This document shows, one piece after another, positions 58,659 through 64,000 of a DNA stretch of 64,000 nt. Both the position numbers and the translations under genes were made by a program. How positions within the stretch are numbered: the first letter of the stretch is position 1; each line of letters begins with the position of its first letter. The notes under the pieces were generated by a model. It saw nothing but the letters and a program-made list of their open reading frames with translations. It ran no database searches and was not told the DNA's origin. This DNA is from Bacteroidota bacterium (GTDB lineage: Bacteria; Bacteroidota; Bacteroidia; Chitinophagales; LD1), in assembly GCA_016715625.1 (NCBI GenBank), contig JADJZU010000003.1, forward strand, positions 67,292-131,291, read 5' to 3'.

Positions 58659-60974
58659 GTGGCAAAACAAAACAATAACAAACGGGGAACTACAACCGGC
58701 AAGTCTGTAGCGGTGGATACCACTGTGACTTCGCAAGAGCAGCAGCCGGCTAAAAGCAAAACGTTAAAGCAATTACCTTATCTCATCATTTTTGTATTCA
58801 CCTGTTTAATATACAGCAACACTTTACAAAACAGGTTTGCCATTGATGATGTGATTGTATATACCGACAATCAGTTTACCAAACGAGGCACTGCGGGCAT
58901 TAAAGACCATTTTACGCACGACATGTTCGAAGGTTTTTTCGGAGAGCGGGGAGCCAAACTGGTGAGTGGAGGACGTTATCGTCCGTTAAGTATGGCTACC
59001 TTCTCGGTAGAATATGAAATATCTCGCAAAATGCGGGGCGATAAGCGCGATGTGATTGACGATAAAAACGTAATTATTGGAGATACAGACCCTTATTTAA
59101 ATCCATTTATAGGTCATGCCATCAACATTTTACTCTTTGCCATTACCTGCATGCTTATCTTCTATCTGCTGAGTATGCTCATACCAAAAGTAATTTCGTA
59201 TCAAACGCCAATCGGTAGTCTGGGTATCGGCATTGCATTTATTGCCTCCTTACTTTACGCTGCACACCCCTTGCATACCGAAGCTGTTTCAAATATTAAA
59301 GGAAGAGACGAGGTGATGTGTATGCTTTTTGCGGTGCTATCCATTGTAGCATCGGTTAAATATGTTCGCACCAATAACCCATTACATTTGGTGTGGGGGG
59401 TAGCGGTCTATTTTCTGTCATTGTTGAGTAAAGAGAATGCGGTTACATTTTTTGCGTTGATTCCGCTTACCTTTTTCTTTTTTACGCAGGCAAAGCCAAA
59501 GCAATATGCCATCACCTTGGCCAGCTATTTAATCCCCTTTGTCATTTTTCTTTTTCTTCGTTCGCAATACACACAAGCCGGGCTAACACAAGACTCTCCG
59601 GAAATTTTAAACAACCCGTTTTTAAATGCTACACTCGGGCAGCGATACGGCACTACAGTGCTTACCTTCTTATATTATTTCAAGTTGATGATACTGCCTC
59701 ATCCACTTACACACGACTATTACTTCGATAAAATTCCGTTAGTCAGCTTTGGTGATCCGATGGTATTGTTGTCGTTATTGGTCACTGTAGGTCTCGTTGT
59801 CTTTGCGCTGCTAAAATTGAAAGAAAAAAACCTTGCGGCTTATGGTATCCTATTCTACTTCATCACTTTTTCGGTAGCCTCTAACGTGCTGTTCACGGTA
59901 GGTGTTTTAATGAACGAGCGCTTTATTTACATGAGTTCGCTGGGCTACTGTATCGTGCTGGCTTATTTGCTGGTCAATTATGTGAAAGATAAAAGAGTAA
60001 TGCTGGCATCCTTGTTGGTTATTTTATCACTTTACTCTTTTAAAACATACGCCCGCAATTTCGATTGGCTCGATAGTTTTACGCTGTTCAGAAAAGATCA
60101 GCATGTCAGTTACAATTCGGCTAAGATTCAAACCTCTGTAGGTGGCGACTTAACAAAAGCCGCTGATTCAGATATTTCTTCCTTAAGGGATAGCGGAGTA
60201 ATTAAAACAATACTGCGCGATCTAAATCCAGCTATAGACGATGCCACGCTGAACGCTATCAATATGGCTCCGGACAGCACCATCCGAAACTTACTTTTGG
60301 ATTCCTCTATCGCTCACTTGAACGAAGCCATCCGAATCTATCCCAACCATAGTAATGCCTGGTTACTCTTGGGGAATGCCGTTTATAAACGCACCAAAAG
60401 CGCAGCACAGGTTATTCCCATATACGAGAATGCCGGCCGGTTCAGAGTGGGAGGCTACTATGATGCCTACTTCAATTTAGGGGTGGTTTATAATGAAACA
60501 AACCGTGCCGATTCTGCCCGCGTCAATTTACTTCGTGCCTTAACCATGAAGCCTGAAAACATGGAGTGTCGTTTTTTACTGGCACAAGCGCATGCCAAAC
60601 TAAACAACCCCGACTCTGTAAACTACTGGCTGGCTCGTGGCAGCGAAGTGAAAAAACCGGATGCCAATGATTACTACCTGATAGGTACTGCATTTGGTAA
60701 GGTGGGCGGCAACTTACCTATGGCTATTGCCTTCCTGAACAAAGCTGTGGAACTAAATCCAAAGGTGGAATTGTATTGGGAGGATTTGGGCGTTGCTTAC
60801 GGCATTAGCGGACAAATTGATTTGGCAATTGCTACTGCTCAAAAACTAATCGCCCTCAATCCTAAATATCCGGCAGCCTACATGAACTTATCAGTTAGTT
60901 ATCGCAACAAAGGTGACATCCAGCAGGCCGATGCCTACCTGGCAAAGTACCGTGAACTAACAGGCGGAAAATAA
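58659..60974 (+). CDS. polytopic membrane protein (GT-C/PMT_2-DUF1736, TMTC-like) with C-terminal TPR repeats
   Basis: GTG start, a Lys/Thr-rich N-tail, about 10 TM helices with the ...ERFIYMSSLGY... segment, then about 300 aa of TPR repeats. Confidence 0.6.
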   Translation: MAKQNNNKRGTTTGKSVAVDTTVTSQEQQPAKSKTLKQLPYLIIFVFTCLIYSNTLQNRFAIDDVIVYTDNQFTKRGTAGIKDHFTHDMFEGFFGERGAKLVSGGRYRPLSMATFSVEYEISRKMRGDKRDVIDDKNVIIGDTDPYLNPFIGHAINILLFAITCMLIFYLLSMLIPKVISYQTPIGSLGIGIAFIASLLYAAHPLHTEAVSNIKGRDEVMCMLFAVLSIVASVKYVRTNNPLHLVWGVAVYFLSLLSKENAVTFFALIPLTFFFFTQAKPKQYAITLASYLIPFVIFLFLRSQYTQAGLTQDSPEILNNPFLNATLGQRYGTTVLTFLYYFKLMILPHPLTHDYYFDKIPLVSFGDPMVLLSLLVTVGLVVFALLKLKEKNLAAYGILFYFITFSVASNVLFTVGVLMNERFIYMSSLGYCIVLAYLLVNYVKDKRVMLASLLVILSLYSFKTYARNFDWLDSFTLFRKDQHVSYNSAKIQTSVGGDLTKAADSDISSLRDSGVIKTILRDLNPAIDDATLNAINMAPDSTIRNLLLDSSIAHLNEAIRIYPNHSNAWLLLGNAVYKRTKSAAQVIPIYENAGRFRVGGYYDAYFNLGVVYNETNRADSARVNLLRALTMKPENMECRFLLAQAHAKLNNPDSVNYWLARGSEVKKPDANDYYLIGTAFGKVGGNLPMAIAFLNKAVELNPKVELYWEDLGVAYGISGQIDLAIATAQKLIALNPKYPAAYMNLSVSYRNKGDIQQADAYLAKYRELTGGK

Positions 60975-60977
60975 AAT

Positions 60978-61967
60978 CTATTGAATAGAAGAAAGATGAT
61001 TCTTCAGATTGGTAAGTATAGTTACCTCCACGGCATCGTATTCTAATTGCTGCGCCAGGTAGCAGGACAACCAATCGCCAAAGTGAATGAAGTAGAAATG
61101 ACGTTCCATACTATCGGAGCCTTTAGCTACTAATTCATATACCTGAGACGAAACTTCCTGAATGGCCTTTTTAGTAAACTCCATGCGAAGAGTGTTGCGT
61201 GGATTTTCATCGGCTGTACGGAAGAATAACAGTGCCAGATTTTCGTTGCGCTCTTTCCAACCTACCAATTCATTATGATTTACTTCCGGAAACACATTGT
61301 ACCAACAATGCATTTTAGAGTTCTCATTTATCTGCTGCTTTAAACGCAGAGCGGTGCTTTCGTATTTATCTTCGGCATAAAGAATCACTACTTTCTTTTT
61401 AACTAAAGTAGCGAGCTCGTAACTCGCTTTTTTAATTTCTTCCTGCTGCGATTCTAAAAAGTCGGCCACGCGCATAAAGTCCTGAATAAATGAATCGCTG
61501 ATGAGTTGATAATGTTTTAATACAAAGAACAACTGAATAGAAGAATAACCCAGACATGCCCGGGGAGGAAAACCGGAAGGGATAAGCACTAAATCGAAAT
61601 GATTGGCACGGGCAATCTGCTCCAGTTTGCCACCGGCTGTGATGCACACCGGATGAAAGCCTTTCGCTATAGCCTCCTGCGCATTGGCAATAGCTTCTTC
61701 GGTGTTGCCGGAGTAAGAGCAAAGAATCAACAGCGTTTGTGCATCCACAAATGCAGGCAACGCATACCCTTTGCATACTACCACAGGAACAGGCAAAGTG
61801 TCTTTCATTAACTCCTTTAACAGATCGCCACCGATACCCGAGCCGCCTAGTCCACATACTACAATGTTCTTGATACCGGCCGGGTAAGTCGCAGTAAACT
61901 GTGCAGCCTTCCCTATCTCGAGTGCTTTGCGAATCTGTTCCGGAAAATCTCTCACTAAATCAATCAT
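60978..61967 (-). CDS. bifunctional phosphoglucose/phosphomannose isomerase (SIS domain)
   Basis: VVCGLGGSGIGGDL and CSYSGNTEE SIS motifs, and a C-terminal PGI/PMI domain. Confidence 0.75.
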   Translation of the reverse strand: MIDLVRDFPEQIRKALEIGKAAQFTATYPAGIKNIVVCGLGGSGIGGDLLKELMKDTLPVPVVVCKGYALPAFVDAQTLLILCSYSGNTEEAIANAQEAIAKGFHPVCITAGGKLEQIARANHFDLVLIPSGFPPRACLGYSSIQLFFVLKHYQLISDSFIQDFMRVADFLESQQEEIKKASYELATLVKKKVVILYAEDKYESTALRLKQQINENSKMHCWYNVFPEVNHNELVGWKERNENLALLFFRTADENPRNTLRMEFTKKAIQEVSSQVYELVAKGSDSMERHFYFIHFGDWLSCYLAQQLEYDAVEVTILTNLKNHLSSIQ

Positions 61968-62024
61968 GGCTAAACTTTAAATCACAAATAAATAAAAGGC
62001 AAACTTATTAAAAAGAGCACCGCA

Positions 62025-62993
62025 TCACTTTTGCCCGCTTGAATTATACCGCGGATGAAATTGCTGTATTGTGCTGCGAAGGAAATCTCTGTCTAAATGC
62101 GTATAGATTTCAGTAGTAGTAATGGAGGCATGGCCCAGCATTTCCTGAACAGCTCGTAAATCGGCACCTCCCTCTATAAGATGTGTGGCAAAAGAATGGC
62201 GAAAGGTATGTGGTGAAATAATTTTCTGCAACCCAATTTTCGCTGCACATTCTTTTATAACCAGAAAGACATACATCCTCGACAAACGAGAACCTCTTCT
62301 GTTTAAAAAGAGAACATCCTCCTCTCCTTTTTTAATATCTACATGCACGCGCACCAAATCTTTGTATGTTTTAATGCTGCCGGCTGCCTGTGAACCAATA
62401 GGGACTAATCGTTCCTTATCGCCCTTCCCAATTACTTTGATAAAGTCCACATCCAAAAAAAGATCCGATATTTTTAAGTTAATGATTTCACTCACGCGCA
62501 ACCCACAACTATATAATACCTCGACCATAGCGCGGTTTCTGGTACCTTCGGGCGTGCTCAAATCAATGGAATTCAAAATCGCATTTACTTCCTCCACCGA
62601 TAGCGTATCGGGCAATTTACGGGCAATTTTGGGAGCCGAAATCAACTCCGATGGATTGGTCTGCATCACATCTTCCATCAGAAGATACTTATAAAAAGCC
62701 TTGATGCCGGCTATGATACGTGCCTGCGAGGCAGCATCTAAACCCAGCTCGTGGATGGCGGCAATAAATTTCTCTAAGTCCGAATGTGAAATCTGCTGAG
62801 GAGAAAGCGGTGGCTGCACCGATAAAGCATAGTTCTCCAGCTTCATTACATCGCGCAGATAAGCCTCCACCGTATTGGCACTCTGCGATTTTTCCAATTG
62901 CAGATACGATTGAAAACCTTTGATGTAACTTTTCCAACTCACTTTGCAATTGTAGGCGGCTCCTGCTACATTGCACACCTGATTTACAAACAT
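62025..62993 (-). CDS. xerD: site-specific tyrosine recombinase XerD-like
   Basis: N-terminal SAM-like core-binding domain (YLQLEKSQSANTVEAYLRDV). Catalytic residues are in GLRVSE, HTFRHSFATHL and TEIYTHL. Confidence 0.75.
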   Translation of the reverse strand: MFVNQVCNVAGAAYNCKVSWKSYIKGFQSYLQLEKSQSANTVEAYLRDVMKLENYALSVQPPLSPQQISHSDLEKFIAAIHELGLDAASQARIIAGIKAFYKYLLMEDVMQTNPSELISAPKIARKLPDTLSVEEVNAILNSIDLSTPEGTRNRAMVEVLYSCGLRVSEIINLKISDLFLDVDFIKVIGKGDKERLVPIGSQAAGSIKTYKDLVRVHVDIKKGEEDVLFLNRRGSRLSRMYVFLVIKECAAKIGLQKIISPHTFRHSFATHLIEGGADLRAVQEMLGHASITTTEIYTHLDRDFLRSTIQQFHPRYNSSGQK

Positions 62994-63004
62994 TGTCACC
63001 TTAT

Positions 63005-63430
63005 ATGAGTAGTAAGAAAATCATCATTATCAATGGCCCGAACATTAACCTGATTGGCACCCGCGAACCGGACATTTACGGAGATGTCAGTTTTTCGGAA
63101 TTCTTTGAGGATATAAAAGAGGTATACAGCGATGAAGTTCAACTACTGCATTTTCAATCAAACATTGAAGGTGAGTTAATAGATAAAATTCAGGAGGTGG
63201 GTTTTAGTTTTCATGGCATTATTCTGAATGCCGGGGGCTACACGCACACCAGCGTGGCACTGCGCGATGCCGTGGCAGCCGTAAAAACACCGGTGATTGA
63301 AGTCCACATCAGTAATCCATACAGCCGCGAAGAGTTTCGCCAAAAATCTTTGCTCAGCGGAGTATGCAAAGGGATTATTGCCGGCTTCGGCTTAGAAAGC
63401 TATGTGCTGGCCATTGATTCGTTTCTGTAA
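63005..63430 (+). CDS. aroQ: type II 3-dehydroquinate dehydratase
   Basis: IIIINGPNINLIGTREPDIYG, NAGGYTHTSVALRDA and EVHISN motifs. Confidence 0.9.
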   Translation: MSSKKIIIINGPNINLIGTREPDIYGDVSFSEFFEDIKEVYSDEVQLLHFQSNIEGELIDKIQEVGFSFHGIILNAGGYTHTSVALRDAVAAVKTPVIEVHISNPYSREEFRQKSLLSGVCKGIIAGFGLESYVLAIDSFL

Positions 63431-63433
63431 ACC

Positions 63434-64000
63434 ATGGCCATGCTGGACGCACTTCTTTTTACCAAGACACCGCAGTTTGCCAAATCACTTTATCCTGAAT
63501 GTATTTGGGATATTGCGGCACCTTTACCCACCCTGTATCTTACGTTTGATGATGGCCCACAACCCGAAATCACCCCGTTTGTGCTGGATACGCTGGCGAA
63601 ATACAATGCCAGGGCTACCTTCTTCTGCGTGGGAAAGAACATCGAAAAACACCCGGAACTTTTTCAGCGGATACTCCGGGAAGGACACTCCGCAGGCAAC
63701 CATACCTTCGACCATGTAAACGGATGGAAAACAGAGAATACGCTCTACTACCAAAACATTGAGCATTGCGATAAAACGCTGGCCGAACAGGCTCCCAAAA
63801 TGAGCAGACAGCTCTTCCGCCCACCTTATGGGAAACTGACACCCGCGCAATACCAGAATTTAAAAAGCAAATACCGGATAGTGATGTGGGATGTTTTAAG
63901 CTGCGATTTTGATTTGAGCTGCACCGCTGAAAAGGTTTTACAAAATGTTTTAAAGCATGCAGCGAGCGGCTCCATAGTGGTGATGCACGACAGCCTGAAT
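63434..64000 (+). CDS. polysaccharide deacetylase (NodB homology domain), 3' end outside window
   Basis: The frame is open from ATG 63434 to the window end. It is not in the ORF track because there is no stop. It has the TFDDGP, HTFDH and RPPYG motifs. Confidence 0.8.
   Translation, partial: MAMLDALLFTKTPQFAKSLYPECIWDIAAPLPTLYLTFDDGPQPEITPFVLDTLAKYNARATFFCVGKNIEKHPELFQRILREGHSAGNHTFDHVNGWKTENTLYYQNIEHCDKTLAEQAPKMSRQLFRPPYGKLTPAQYQNLKSKYRIVMWDVLSCDFDLSCTAEKVLQNVLKHAASGSIVVMHDSLN

Noticed and set aside
62025-62993. xerD-like recombinase as a marker of an integrated mobile element
   Set aside because: It has the standard XerD length and motifs. It sits between housekeeping genes (SIS isomerase, aroQ), with no flanking direct repeats, no tRNA and no cargo genes.
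63402-63850. ORFs 63402..63719 (+), 63524..63850 (-) and 63615..63842 (-)
   Set aside because: A third frame, open from ATG 63434 to the window end, encodes a polysaccharide deacetylase with the TFDDGP, HTFDH and RPPYG motifs. That frame explains the region, so the listed ORFs are overlapping shadows.
1-64000. Search for tRNA/rRNA/tmRNA genes, CRISPR arrays, IS elements, integrons, prophage genes or known defence systems
   Set aside because: No intergenic region exceeds about 230 nt. I saw no spaced direct repeats. The only T-loop-like GTTCGAATC-type matches (at about 30 and about 4871) lie inside coding regions. There are no transposase, integrase (other than the housekeeping xerD), nuclease-helicase or restriction-modification gene signatures.
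1-64000. Sigma-54 (-24/-12, TGGCAC-N5-TTGC) promoters as targets of the activator encoded at 11629
   Set aside because: All TGGCAC occurrences I noticed (for example near 305, 2167, 19059, 50170 and 63054) lie inside coding regions and lack a properly spaced TTGC.

Overview
This window looks like an ordinary chromosomal segment from a Bacteroidota bacterium. Supporting signs are TTTG-N19-TAnnTTTG promoter boxes, both type A and type B T9SS C-terminal sorting domains, a PorP/SprF gene and an RprX/RprY-like two-component pair. I can support about 58 protein-coding genes. Most are housekeeping: copA, coaD, lipB, a class II HMG-CoA reductase, miaB, a sigma-54 activator, ndh, purT, pyrR-pyrB, ftsZ, rsmE, panB, sdaA, an acyl-CoA carboxyltransferase, cinA, queA, xerD and aroQ. 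The rest are envelope or secretion genes: a 1101-aa glycine-rich T9SS adhesin-like protein, a P-domain/CotH/PKD T9SS protein, a PorP/SprF + OmpA pair and a DevA-DevB-DevC-TolC efflux cluster. I found no rRNA, tRNA, CRISPR array, transposase, phage gene or recognisable defence system, and no convincing new multi-gene system. The most striking sequence-level feature is at least eleven reading-frame breaks in nine otherwise intact genes, many of them at short homopolymers and one in the essential coaD. This pattern suggests indel errors in the assembly rather than gene decay. The leads most worth follow-up are: (1) a DksA/TraR-family protein with a long histone-H1-like Lys/Ala/Pro-rich N-terminal extension; (2) the T9SS cargo carrying an ALK/LTK-like glycine-rich domain, a (GGY)12 tract and 3 x 474-bp tandem repeats; (3) a second, unrelated glycine-rich secreted protein inside a cluster of unknown-function envelope genes; (4) a secreted CotH kinase-like protein; (5) a PorP/SprF-OmpA pair with no adjacent cargo gene. 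All functional calls come from reading motifs by eye and need an HMM or BLAST search to confirm.
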